Below, in pieces: positions 9,266 to 19,844 of a DNA stretch of 64,000 nt. The number at the start of each line of letters is the position of its first letter. Position 1 is the first letter of the stretch. The stretch is from an uncultured delta proteobacterium (GTDB lineage Bacteria; Desulfobacterota; Desulfobacteria; Desulfobacterales; UBA2156). The stretch is from the NCBI GenBank assembly GCA_963736855.1, contig CAVTQK010000009.1, positions 64,001-128,000 on the forward strand, given 5' to 3'. The notes under the pieces were generated by a model. The model made no database searches. It was not told the DNA's origin and saw only the letters and a list, made by a program, of their open reading frames with translations. Made by a program: the position numbers and the translations under genes.

Positions 9266-11481
9266 CTAAGAGATGAGCGGCTCCATGGAAAGGGCCGGGT
9301 GCCCCTTTTCCTGGAGGAAGGGAAGAATTTCTTCTTCCGTGATTCCCACCGTCTCATCTGCGATCATGTCATAGAGGTTGGGAACTCCCAATTCCTCGCC
9401 TCGTTTCAGGATGCGCTCCTTGATCTCTTCCTTGAGGATCTTGGGCATCCACACCATGCGCAGGAGGCCCCCGTCACCCTTGATGAATTTCCGCTGGGTG
9501 ATGTTGAACTTGGAGTGCCCGACGAACCCCGGGGACGAAGCCCCGCCGCCCATGACGCCCGCCAGGGTGGTGAACTTCATCCCGCACGGCGTTTCCCCGT
9601 TATAGTCCCGGCCCACCGTCATGATGCCGTTACAGGACGGCAGCATGGCGGCGATGCACTCGCAGCATCCGCAGGTGGTCATGGGATCCTTGACCAGGGA
9701 ATAGAAGTTATAGTGATCGATGGCGCCCCTAGATGCCTTTCTGACGAATTCATTGATGCCCTTCCACTGTCCCAGCTCCGGATCCAGGCATTCCCCTTTT
9801 TCGATGGGCTGGTTCGGGCCGGTGGGGTTGATCTCGAAGGAGGCCTTGCAGTCCATCCAGTTGTAAGCGCCGCAAAGACCGGTTCGTTCCGGGCTGACGC
9901 TGCAGACATGGGTGGGGGCGAAGGACTGGCAAAGGGTGCAGGAATAATAAATCTCCTCACCCTCGTCCGTCATGTTCTCCACCCGCTCGTCCCTTATCTT
10001 GTAATCCTGCGCGGGCTCTTTTGGTCAGCGCATCCACATCTTTCTTGTTGGTGTACAGAGTGATCTGCACCTTGTCCAGAATGCTGCCGAAATCCTGGTG
10101 GAACTTGGCATGCAGGACGACCCCGATGTGTTTGAGCCGGAATCCCTTTTCCATGGCGGCCTTGCTGACACGGATCCAGGCGATGTCGCGTTGACCGATG
10201 TGCATGACGCCCTGGATATAGTTGATCAGGTGGTGCATCTGGCGTTCCAGGATCGGCTCAAAGTCTGTCTGCATCTTCCTGCCGGCGATCTGAGCGTAGA
10301 TACCCAAGGGTAGGTTTTCCCCTTCTTTGATCTCATCGAGATCCTTCCCGACCACAATCACTTTCCCGTCTTCGATCTCTTTCATATCCGCCATCTTCGC
10401 CAGCTCGGTTGCCTGGGTCTTGCCGCCGCCCATCTGGCAGAAAAGATCGGCGCCTCGAACCCGTTCGCCCTCATAAGCCGGTCCGAAAGAGCAAGGGATA
10501 TCGATGGTGGAAACCGTGGTCTTGAGTCCACGTACCTCCACCGAGCGCTGGACCATTTCGCTGTGCGGAACATTGGCAACCACATGCTCATAGGTACAGA
10601 TTCCGGTGGGCAGGACCTCCGGAATATCCGTGTCGGCCAGCGTCGGGAATCCCCAGTTGACGGCATCCCGCCGCCGCCGCCGCCCATTCGGCATTCACAT
10701 CGCCCAAGGCGTTGACGAAGGCGAAGATTCGGTTCTTGTTATAAAGCAGCATCCGTTTGTAGTCGCCGGGCTGGATACCGCCGAAGGCCATGGCCGCCCG
10801 GTTGGCAAAACCGAGGGCGAAAATGGCCGAAGAGATATCCGGACCGAAGGGAACGATTCGGGTGTTCCAGCCTACCTGGACACCGGCTTTCAGTAGCTGT
10901 TCGATCAGTGTGGTTCCGTTCTGGTTGGCGGCGCAAAAAATGTAAAGGCTCCGCCGTTGGTATTCTTCCACGATCATCTTGGCGGTTTCAGGATCGGGAG
11001 CCGCACCGACCATGGCGGCAAACCCGGGAGCGGTTCCATCCACAAATTCCACGCCGCGTTTGCGGAATACGGTATCATCGGCGGCGCCCAGCCAGATCTT
11101 GCCTGCAGCCTCGTCGATTTCTTCGGAATGCAGGTAAAAATCCGGTTGTTCCAGGTATCGCAGAGCCTCTTCGATCTCAAAGGCGAACAAGGCCGCCATG
11201 CCGGCGTCCAGAAGGGGCCCCAGGTAGGGTAGGTGGTTATACCCTTTGACATGGGGAGGAAGCAGCTTGCGGGCGAAGTCGAGGGGTTTTTTTATATCTT
11301 CGAGGGTTTCCACCTTCATCCCCAGAAGGGAATAAATGACCGGCAGATAATAAGCCGTATTGGGAAAACCCACCTTGGTGGATGCATCATAGGTCTGCAG
11401 CGCCTTTTTGTATTTTCCTTCGACTTTTGAAACGATATTATAGCCACCTTGAATGGCGGCAAATGCAACGAATCTAGACAT
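9266..11481 (-). CDS. acsB: Acetyl-CoA synthase, split over three ORFs by two frameshifts (about 10680 and 10005)
   Basis: FPNTAYYLP, GAADD...RKRGVEFVDG, FGPAYEGERVR, HIGQRD, YSCTLCQSFAP, GLCGA, TTCGCCEC A-cluster ligands all present in order. Confidence 0.93.
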
Positions 11482-11531
11482 ACGTTAGATCCTCCTTCGT
11501 TGAGGCTTTTGGTTATGTTCAATCACTTCGA

Positions 11532-13570
11532 TTAGGCAGAAGCTTCCAGTTTCTGACGATCCGCCATATCCATCAGGACGCGGTCCCGGGCCTTGTCGAT
11601 GCCCAGGGCTTTGCGTTTCTTGTCGATATGGGCGATCATCTTCTGGGCATGCTTGATGGGATCGGCTTCCAGATCCCACATCCCGCCGTACATTTTTTCC
11701 ATCTCCTTAAAGAGATAGTTCTGGAATATCGGTGCACCGGTGACCGGCAAAGTGCACGCCGAAGACCGTGTAAACCCCGGAGCTGACAAAATACTGGCCG
11801 ATGCTGATGGCTTTTTCGCTCATCCATTCGGGCGCGCTTCCGGCGGCAGGCAGATCGGAGATGTCTTTCCACGGCCCGCCGGCCTTGACCACTTCGGTGG
11901 CCGCCAGCAGGATCCGGCTGTTGTCCACGCAGGAACCCAGGTGCAGCACCGGCGGGATACCCACGGTCTCGCAGACTTCGTCAAGACCCGGCCCGCAGAA
12001 TACACCGGCGGTTTCCGGTGTCAGGAGTCCTTCCATGGCGCAGGCGATGCCGTTGCATCCGGTGGTCAGCACGATGACGTCATTTTTGATCAGCTCCTTG
12101 ACGATGGCGATGTGCCCCTCGTTGTGACGGGTTCTGGCGTTGTTGCAGCCCACGACACCGGCCACGCCGCGGATGCGTCCGTTGATGATGTTGTCGTTTA
12201 GGGTATAATACGTACCCCGGAAGGTGCCGCCCAGGTGGTATTCGATGGATCTCCACGCCGAAACCCGGCGATCTGGATCGCTTTCTGCTTCGGGATCATG
12301 ACTTCGGTTCCGACGATTCTGGAAGTTGTCGATGGCGATCTTGACGATGCGCTTGGCATCTTCCATGGCATGGTGTTCGTCGAACTCGATGTGAGTGACG
12401 TTGTCCTGTTCCATCCTGGCGATGGGATGGGTGGTGATCAGCTTGGTATGAAAGCACTTGGCCACGTTGGCCAGATTCTGGAAGACACACTGGACGTCCA
12501 CCACCATGGCATCGCACGGCTCCGGTGATGATGGCCAGTTCCTGCTGCAGGAATGTGCCGCAAAGGGGAACCCCGTGGCGCTGCAGGATTTCATTGGCCG
12601 TGCAGCAGATGCCGCCCAGTTGGATTCCCTTGGCGCCCTTGGACTTGGCGTAGTCGAGCATTTCCTTACTCTGGGCCGCCGCCACGATCATCTCAGACAA
12701 CACCGGTTCATGACCGTGGATGATGATGTTGACGTGGTCTGCCTTCAGAACACCCAGGTTCGCTTCGCTCTGGAGCGGATACGGAGTCCCGAAAAGCACG
12801 TCCTGTAGATCGGTGGCCAGCATGGAGCCGCCCCAACCGTCCGCAAGAGATGCCCGAGTGCATTGCTTGACGATGTTCTTGTAATCCTGGTCGACGCCCA
12901 TATGGGTGCGGTGCATGATCTCTACGATTTCCCGATCGATGTTTCGAGGCAGGACCCCGTATTTCTTCCATTTTTCGTAGAGAGGTGCGGGGGCTCGTTT
13001 CAAATACAGCAATTCACCTTCGGGTTTTCCCCACTCTGCCAGGGCCTTTTCCGCCACTTCCAGGGCGATCTCGTCGATGTTGCGGTCCTTGGTCTCCCCA
13101 TCTACCTCGACGGTGGTAGCCACTCCCAGATGCGGGGCTATGGCCAAAAGTTTTTGCGGATCTTTGATTTTATAATCATGGCTTTCTTTCCGCGCCACCG
13201 ACATGAAGACTTCGGCCACGCATCGTCCGTGGTCGCGAGTGTGCCGCGGCACCGGCAGCCACCATGCGGGCGAAGTTGCGGGCGGCGATGGTGTTGGCCG
13301 TAGCACCGCAAAGCCCTTTTCGGGCGTCGTTTTCCGGATCCACGTCCTTGGTGCAGCGGGAGTCGGCAGGGACCCATGGCGCAGTTTTTACAACAGATAC
13401 CCTGGATCCCGATGTTACAAGGCTTCATGCTGACTGCCCGATCAAATACCGTGTCGATCCCCAAGCTCCTGGGCCCGCTTGATCATTTGCTGCGTCGCCG
13501 CATCAATGGATGCTGCAACCGGGTCAGCAAGTTTTTTGATTTTTTCCTTTTCTTTTGTTTCTTCTGCCAT
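11532..13570 (-). CDS. acsA: Anaerobic Ni-CO dehydrogenase catalytic subunit, fragmented by several frameshifts
   Basis: Start MAEETKEK after GAGG RBS; PCNIGIQGICCKNCAMGPC, MHRTHMG, HGHEP, GICCTANE, DVQC, GCNN, TTGCNG, GSCVDN, PEWMSEKA all present across successive frames. Confidence 0.93.
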
Positions 13571-13648
13571 TAGAGGTTCCTCCTCGTGATTGAAAATCAA
13601 TTTAAAATCTAAAAAAAACGGACCTGATCCTTTGGCACCGTTAGCGCA

Positions 13649-15214
13649 TCAGGAGGCCCTTTTATGGATTCGGTTCAGGAGTCCGATGAGCTTTTCCGGC
13701 ATGGATTTCTGTTCGGCCGCGGCCGTTGCCGGAACCTTCGCCTTTTGCACGGTGGATCGCTGTGCGGAAAGGGCTTCTCTTTCTTTAGCTCGCTGTGCCC
13801 GGATGGCTTCTTCTTGGGCTTCCCTATCGGCTTTGGCTTTGGCCACGGCCTCTGCTTTGCCTTTGGCTTCGGCTTCCGCCTTGGCCTTCGGCTTCCGCTT
13901 CGGCTTTGGCTTTGGCTTCAGCCTCTGCTTTAGCTTTGGCTTCGGCTTCCGCCTTGGCCTTGGCTTCGGCTTCCGCCTTGGCTTTGGCTTCCGCCTTGGC
14001 TTTGGCTTCCATCCTCCGGCGCTGCTGCTTTGGCTTCTGCCATGGGTTTTACCGCTTCCTTTGCAGCGGCTTTCGGCGGAGCCGGTTCGGCTTTTTTAGG
14101 AGCAGCCTTAGGGGCTTCTGCGGCCTTTGGTGCAGCCTTTTTCTGCCGGTGCAGCCTTTTTATCTTTGGCCGTTTCGATGCTCAGGTCCGGTGTTGGAGC
14201 CAACGCTGCGTAATCGATGTCGGCAGCAGGAAGCTTCTTTTGGATGGCAGCGACGTCCTGGGCGGCTCCGCCGTCCATGGCCAAGTCGATGAATGCCTTG
14301 ACCATTCGGATGGCTTCGGGATGACGCATGATTAGAATATCGGATCCGGCCAGAAGATAGCTCACAGCCCCCACGGCTTCCATGAGGATTCCCCGCTTTT
14401 CCGGATCACCGAGTATGGGAGCGCTCTCCGCTGATTCTTTGGCTTCTTTGCATTTCCATACTTCGTTGCCGAGGTTGTTGATGATGGGAAGCTGAAGCTT
14501 GTCGTCACTCTGGGTCAGGGCCGCCATGCGGATCCGTTCCATCACCGAATAGGAATATTCCAGGCCGTAGCCCAGTCCTCCGGTGGTGGGATCGATGACC
14601 ATCTTGTTGGTCGGCACACCCAGGTTTTCAAGCAGGATGTTGACCTGCTTGGCCAGGTTTACGTCGATGGGGGATGAAGAAATCACGGTTTGGCCATATC
14701 CCATGGCTGCTGCACCGATCCCCTTGTGGTTTTTATCTTCCACGGGACCGATGGTGATGTTTTTCCCCTGACATTCTTCAGCCACTTTCTTGAAGACTTC
14801 CTCGTCTTTTTGCAGATTGCCGGAGCCCCAGACGATCAGCGGAACCTTGATGGCTTCACTTACTTTTTTTACCGTCTGGGATGCCTCGGCCGCCCCGGCA
14901 TTATTCCCGTTGGGGTCGGTGCTTTTAAGTTGGAGAACGATCATCTCGGCGCCGAAGGTCTTCACGCATTTTTTTGCCCAGGCCGCCGGGTCCGAAACCA
15001 CATCCTTAAAGTGACAGAGAACGGATTCCGGCCAATCTTCAGGCTTCATATCCCATACTTCCATGGCGACCTTGGGCTTATTGGGCATCTCTCCTTCGAA
15101 CAGGTAGAAGGGATAGCAATTCTGCCCTCCCACTTTCACCGACGCATCGCCTTTGCCGATGGTGATCTCCCTGATCTTGCCGGTGTAACTTTCTTTATAA
15201 AATTCAAAGCCCAA
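13649..15214 (-). CDS. acsD: Corrinoid Fe-S protein small (delta) subunit with long Ala/Lys/Glu-rich C-terminal extension (frameshifts in the extension)
   Basis: [46 protein letters not shown]; continues via AKAEAE repeats to ...[16 protein letters not shown] at 13649. Confidence 0.9.
13830..14012 (-). repeat. Coding tandem repeat of about 24 bp encoding (AEAEAKAK)n
   Basis: Repeated GGCTTCGGCTTCCGCCTTGGC(C/T)TT-like units; translation [40 protein letters not shown]. Confidence 0.85.
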
Positions 15215-15447
15215 TGTTCCCTCCTCATCACAGTGTTAAGAGTTTTCGTTGATGGTATGTCACAATGCCATGAATTGAATGCGTTTTGCGGTTATTCGCC
15301 TCCTTTCTTAAATTGATTTCGATATTCATAAGCCCTTCTGCGGGCGTTGTGCATATTTAAGAGCAGTCAAGATGCGGTGCATTTCGAAAATCCGGTTTCG
15401 ATTGATTTTCTAGCGGTCTAACCAGAACGTTAATTCAAAACATACCT

Positions 15448-15474
15448 ATTATATGTCTCCACTTGACTTGTCAA
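15448..15474 (-). promoter_or_regulatory. Putative sigma70 promoter for acsD-A-B-C-E
   Basis: Minus strand TTGACA-N15-TATAAT, both hexamers consensus but spacer short; the -35 overlaps an inverted repeat TTGAC-TT-GTCAA. Confidence 0.5.
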
Positions 15475-15516
15475 CAGGTTAAACTGTCTGAATGGAATTT
15501 ACTTTTTTTAACAAAT

Positions 15517-17499
15517 TCATCTTATTTTCAATGCCTTTCGTGCCTGCAACCGGGCTTGCAGTTTGGGGAAGCGTTCCAAATTGGTATGGGGTAAAAAAAG
15601 CGCGGCAATGTAGTGATCCATGTATGATGCAGTTTCGCTGAGTTCGAAGTTGGTCATTTTCTGGGTCACCTCCGCAACATCGCGCCGGATGCGATTGGTC
15701 AATGAACTCATCTTGGCCCCCATGAGGGATCCGTTTCCCACATATACCACCCTATCCGGTTCCGTTTCAGGCAACAGGCCGATGGTCATTGCCCTTTCCA
15801 GATCCACATAGCTGCCAAACGCTCCTGCAAGATAAATTCGTTGAATATCGCTGATATTCAAGCCCACTTCTTCTAAAAGGGTCATGCATCCGCTGAACAT
15901 GGCGCCCTTGGCCCGGATGAGATTGTCGATGTCCGGTTCGGAAATGGTAACATCCCGGTCGATCTGGGTTTCGTCTTTAAAAGCCAGCACATACTCCCAA
16001 ATTCCATTGGTCTTCCGAATCCGTGAGGTTTTCAAGTTCCTGTTGAATTTTCCGTCATTGCTGATGATTCCTGTTTCGAAAAGGGTTGCCACCACTGAAA
16101 TTAACCCGGATCCACAGATTCCCTTGGGTCTGACGTTGCCGATGGTGATAACCATGGGTTCCAGGGTGGCGGGATCGATGGAGAAGTCTTCAATGGCCCC
16201 CTTGGTGGCTCTCATGCCGAACTGGATGCCTCCCCCTTCGAAGGCCGGTCCTGCGGAACAGGCGGCACACGCGAGCCAGTCCTTGTTTCCGATGACGATT
16301 TCAGCATTGGTACCGATGTCTATAAAGAGGCACAGTTCTTCCGAACGATACACTCCGGAACCCATGATGCCGGATACGATGTCCCCCCCGACATAACTGG
16401 AGACTGCGGGATAGAAAAGGGCGGTCACGTGGTCGTTGACGGCCATACCCAGGTCCACGGCCCGAATGGGGGGGAACAAGGTGGAAGCCGGAACGTAGGG
16501 AGAGCGCCGGATATATTTGGGGTTGATCTTCAATAAGAGCTGGGTCATTGTCGTGTTTCCGGCCAGGGTAATGGTGGAAACCTCATCAGGATCGATGCGG
16601 GTGTTCCGAAAAAGCTTTTGGATGATCTTGTTGATGGTATCGATGACCACCTGATGTAGCTTTTCAAGCCCTCCGGGTTTTTCCGCATAGACGATCCGGC
16701 TGATCACATCTTCCCCGTAGCTGATCTGGCCGTTGAAATCCCCATACTGTTCAAGGACTTCGCCGGTTTTCAGGTCGATGAGTTGTCCGTAAATCGTCGT
16801 GGTTCCGATGTCCATGGCGATGGCATAGTTATGTGCGGTCGTATCTCCCGCCTGGACGTTGATGATACGGGTCCTACCGTCCTTTTCGCGAACCGGACGG
16901 GCTAAAGTGGCGGTGACCTTGAAATTTCCGTTTCTCAACACATCCGGTATCTTTCTCAGCACCGACAGATCCACCTCCAGACGATGTTCATCGTGGACCA
17001 GCTTTAAAAAACCGAGCAGTCGCATCGTATCCGGCAGGTTGTCCTGGGCCGAAGGCGGTGTCAGTTCAAGATATTTCTTTTCCACCGGAGGGGAAAAAAG
17101 CCCCTTTTCCTTGAGGTCCTCCAGATTCATCTCCCGGATGCGGGCGGTTTTTCGGGGCACGCTCTGGACATTTAGAACACTGGCGTCGATGAAAGATTCC
17201 ACCGGGACCCGGACCACCAAGTCCCCCGTTACAATCGCCTGACAGGCTTGCCGGTATCCTTTGTTAAGGTCTTCCGGGCTCAGTTTCTCGGATATCCCGT
17301 CTTCTACCTGGCCCTGTTCGATGATCACGCGGCATTTGCCGCAGACTCCGGCACCACCGCAGGAGGCATTGATATGAACACCGGCCTCCATGGCCGCCCG
17401 GAGGAGGATCTCTCTGTCCTTGACGCGGATTTCTTTTTGGTGGGGAAGAAAAGAAATTTTATGCATGGGAATTTTAAGCTCCTTGTTGGATTCATTCAT
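15517..17499 (-). CDS. acsV: ATP-dependent reductive activator of corrinoid proteins (RACo; 2Fe-2S + ASKHA ATPase, DUF4445)
   Basis: SCGGAGVCGKC...ACQ 2Fe-2S domain, DIGTTT, GEDVISRI, DIGTNAE, SAGPAFEG, GICGSG, LAGAFGS. Confidence 0.93.
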   Translation of the reverse strand: MNESNKELKIPMHKISFLPHQKEIRVKDREILLRAAMEAGVHINASCGGAGVCGKCRVIIEQGQVEDGISEKLSPEDLNKGYRQACQAIVTGDLVVRVPVESFIDASVLNVQSVPRKTARIREMNLEDLKEKGLFSPPVEKKYLELTPPSAQDNLPDTMRLLGFLKLVHDEHRLEVDLSVLRKIPDVLRNGNFKVTATLARPVREKDGRTRIINVQAGDTTAHNYAIAMDIGTTTIYGQLIDLKTGEVLEQYGDFNGQISYGEDVISRIVYAEKPGGLEKLHQVVIDTINKIIQKLFRNTRIDPDEVSTITLAGNTTMTQLLLKINPKYIRRSPYVPASTLFPPIRAVDLGMAVNDHVTALFYPAVSSYVGGDIVSGIMGSGVYRSEELCLFIDIGTNAEIVIGNKDWLACAACSAGPAFEGGGIQFGMRATKGAIEDFSIDPATLEPMVITIGNVRPKGICGSGLISVVATLFETGIISNDGKFNRNLKTSRIRKTNGIWEYVLAFKDETQIDRDVTISEPDIDNLIRAKGAMFSGCMTLLEEVGLNISDIQRIYLAGAFGSYVDLERAMTIGLLPETEPDRVVYVGNGSLMGAKMSSLTNRIRRDVAEVTQKMTNFELSETASYMDHYIAALFLPHTNLERFPKLQARLQARKALKIR

Positions 17500-17515
17500 A
17501 TAGGAGACATCAAAG

Positions 17516-19390
17516 TCACTTGGTTTCGTCGAATCGGCAAGTCAGCAACAGAACGTCGCCGTCAAAGGTGGTTTGAACTTTATACGGCAATGATTTGAAT
17601 AGGTTGATCATACTCTTGTTTTGGGGGGACGTGTAGGCGATAAAGCCCGCAATCCCGTTTTCCAGGGCTGTTTCAGCCAGCTTGGCAAACAGGATTTTGC
17701 CCAGGCCCTTTCCCTGGAAATCTTTGCTCACGGAAAAGGCCACTTCCGCAATGTTTTTCTCCGGGTCCAGCAGATATTCCCCGATGCCTACGACCCTCCC
17801 GAACCCGAATTCACCGACCACCGCCACGACGGTCAGGTTATTGATGTAGTCGATTTGGGACAGACCCTCCATTTCATCCCGTTTGAAAGCGGACTTCGCG
17901 TGGAAGAAGCGTAAAACCACGTCATCTTTTTCCAGGGTATAGAAGTGTTCCTGGATCCGCCTTTCATCCACCGGCTTTGCCGGGCGGATGACCACTTCCT
18001 GGTCGTTGATGATACGGGTCTCCTCGAGTTTCAGGGGATAGACGCCCCGGGAAAAGTCGGGCCGCTTTCTCCCGGCATCGAGGAGCCCCATCTTTTTGGC
18101 CTCGAAGAACAGCTCGTCTCTGAAATTCGGGTGGGCGATGCTGATCATGGCCAGGGCCCTTTCCTGGAGGCTTTTTCCTAAAAGATTCACCGCCCCGTAT
18201 TCGGTGATCACGTATTGAACGTCGCCCCGGGGAACCACCACGGCCGTATCCGAAAGAGACGGGACGACGCGGCTTTTCTTTCCGTCTCCGGAGGTTGAAG
18301 TCATCATGAGGATGGATTTTCCCCCTTCAGAAAGGGCCGAACCCCTGATAAAGTCGAGCATTCCGTTGACTCCTGAAAAGTTATTGTAAGGAAGGGCGTC
18401 GGCGGAGACCTGACCGGTGAGATCCATAGCCATGACAACATGCATGGAGACCATTTTGTGGTGCCGGGCGATGATCGTCGGGTCGTTGACGTAATCGGAA
18501 GGCTGAAATTCGATTGCCGGATTGTCATTTAAAAATTCATAGAGATTTTCCGATCCCATAGCGCTGCTGGCCACCAGTTTTCCCTCGTTGAACCCCTTTT
18601 TTCGGTTGGTGATAACCCCCGTGGAGAACAAGTGTTGAACGTCGTCGGTAATGAATCGAGAGTGCACACCGAGGTCGTTTTTCTGGGAAAGACCCAATAA
18701 GTTGGCCTGGTGGGTGGTGCCTATGCTGATATTAATGGTCGAACCATCGTCGATGAGGCGGGCGACCTGCCTGCCGATGATATTTGCCGACTCGAGTTCG
18801 GGCTGGGGACCGAGGGTCAGGAGGTTTTCATCGTATTCCACGAACACATCCACGTCGTTGACGTGAAGGAAGCTTCTTCCCAAAACCCTGGGCATTTTGG
18901 AATTGATCTGGGCGATGACGAGGTCGGCGGAAGTGGCCGCTGCAAGGGTGATGTCCACGGAGACGCCGAGGCTCATCCACCCGAAATCGTCCGGGGGGGT
19001 CGTTTGGATCAGGGCCACGTGGATGGGCATCCTCCGGGTTTTAAAGAGCCGGGGGATGGCGGATAGGTTGATGGGGGTTAAAAAACGTTTGTTTCTCTCA
19101 ATAGCTTTCGCCTTGGCTGATCCCAGATAGAACGATCGGATGTTCAGACTCTGGCCATGACTCTTGGTGGCGATCAAACTCAAGGGGACGCTTTCCATAC
19201 TGAAAAGTCGGACGATTTCGATATCCGGAAAGCGCGTGAATTCCTCCGCCAGCAATCGGACCAGGTGCTGGGGCTCCCCGCCGCAGGAAGAAATGAAAAC
19301 TCTTTGTCCCGGCCGGATCATCCGGATGGCATCCCGGCCTGAACGCCGGTTTAGTACATACTTGTCGGCCCAATAGGCTCTTGTCGGCAT
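17516..19390 (-). CDS. Acetyl-CoA hydrolase/4-hydroxybutyrate CoA-transferase-like domain fused to C-terminal Pat-type GNAT acetyltransferase
   Basis: GEPQHL, PPDDFGWMSLGVSVD, DFIRGSALSEGGKSI, VITEYG, IAHPNFRDEL; then IRPAKPVDERRIQEHF...LRFF, AEVAFSV, FQGKGLG. Confidence 0.88.
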   Translation of the reverse strand: MPTRAYWADKYVLNRRSGRDAIRMIRPGQRVFISSCGGEPQHLVRLLAEEFTRFPDIEIVRLFSMESVPLSLIATKSHGQSLNIRSFYLGSAKAKAIERNKRFLTPINLSAIPRLFKTRRMPIHVALIQTTPPDDFGWMSLGVSVDITLAAATSADLVIAQINSKMPRVLGRSFLHVNDVDVFVEYDENLLTLGPQPELESANIIGRQVARLIDDGSTINISIGTTHQANLLGLSQKNDLGVHSRFITDDVQHLFSTGVITNRKKGFNEGKLVASSAMGSENLYEFLNDNPAIEFQPSDYVNDPTIIARHHKMVSMHVVMAMDLTGQVSADALPYNNFSGVNGMLDFIRGSALSEGGKSILMMTSTSGDGKKSRVVPSLSDTAVVVPRGDVQYVITEYGAVNLLGKSLQERALAMISIAHPNFRDELFFEAKKMGLLDAGRKRPDFSRGVYPLKLEETRIINDQEVVIRPAKPVDERRIQEHFYTLEKDDVVLRFFHAKSAFKRDEMEGLSQIDYINNLTVVAVVGEFGFGRVVGIGEYLLDPEKNIAEVAFSVSKDFQGKGLGKILFAKLAETALENGIAGFIAYTSPQNKSMINLFKSLPYKVQTTFDGDVLLLTCRFDETK

Positions 19391-19844
19391 GTTTGGATTC
19401 CCTGGGGTTAAGGGTTATTAAAAAGGCATGGGATCAATTCATGCACCTTGGCCCTGAAGGGTTTCTTCGTATCCTAAACTGACTTCAGGATCAAGCATTA
19501 TAGGTTTCCCTTTTTTTTGAAATCGCATCGAAGGTTTCAGTGTTTCACCGACAAAAGCAAGCTTATGTTAAAATGAAAAGAATAGGCGATGCCAGTCTTG
19601 AAAACTGTTTTGCACGGACTCAATGGGATGAACCGGTGGACTGGAAAAGGGTGCTCGAATCATTCCGTTGACCCGATTCTTGACCTGTATGCGGAAAGGA
19701 CCATCCTGGGGTCCAGGAGGCTAAAGCCTTCCCGTCGACCTGATCTTGGACAGCGCTTCTTCATGAGTGATGTGGAAATAAAAAAAGCATTCTTGAAGGT
19801 CAGTCTGCCGGAGTTCCATGGATAAAGGGGATGGTCGAATCGGA

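Noticed and set aside
9957..13570. Programmed frameshifting or selenocysteine recoding in acsA/acsB
   Set aside because: Too many shifts, no consistent slippery site, and breaks are indels rather than in-frame TGA at Cys positions
13830..14012. Tandem repeats as a CRISPR array or satellite
   Set aside because: No unique spacers; the units are in-frame codons for an A/K/E helix of AcsD; no cas genes
15215..15516. Cobalamin, THF or SAM riboswitch in the acsD leader
   Set aside because: No recognisable conserved boxes by eye; an Rfam scan would be needed to exclude it fully
19589..19825. 78-aa + strand ORF in the spacer downstream of the hydroxypyruvate reductase
   Set aside because: No motif or convincing RBS; cannot be supported from sequence alone
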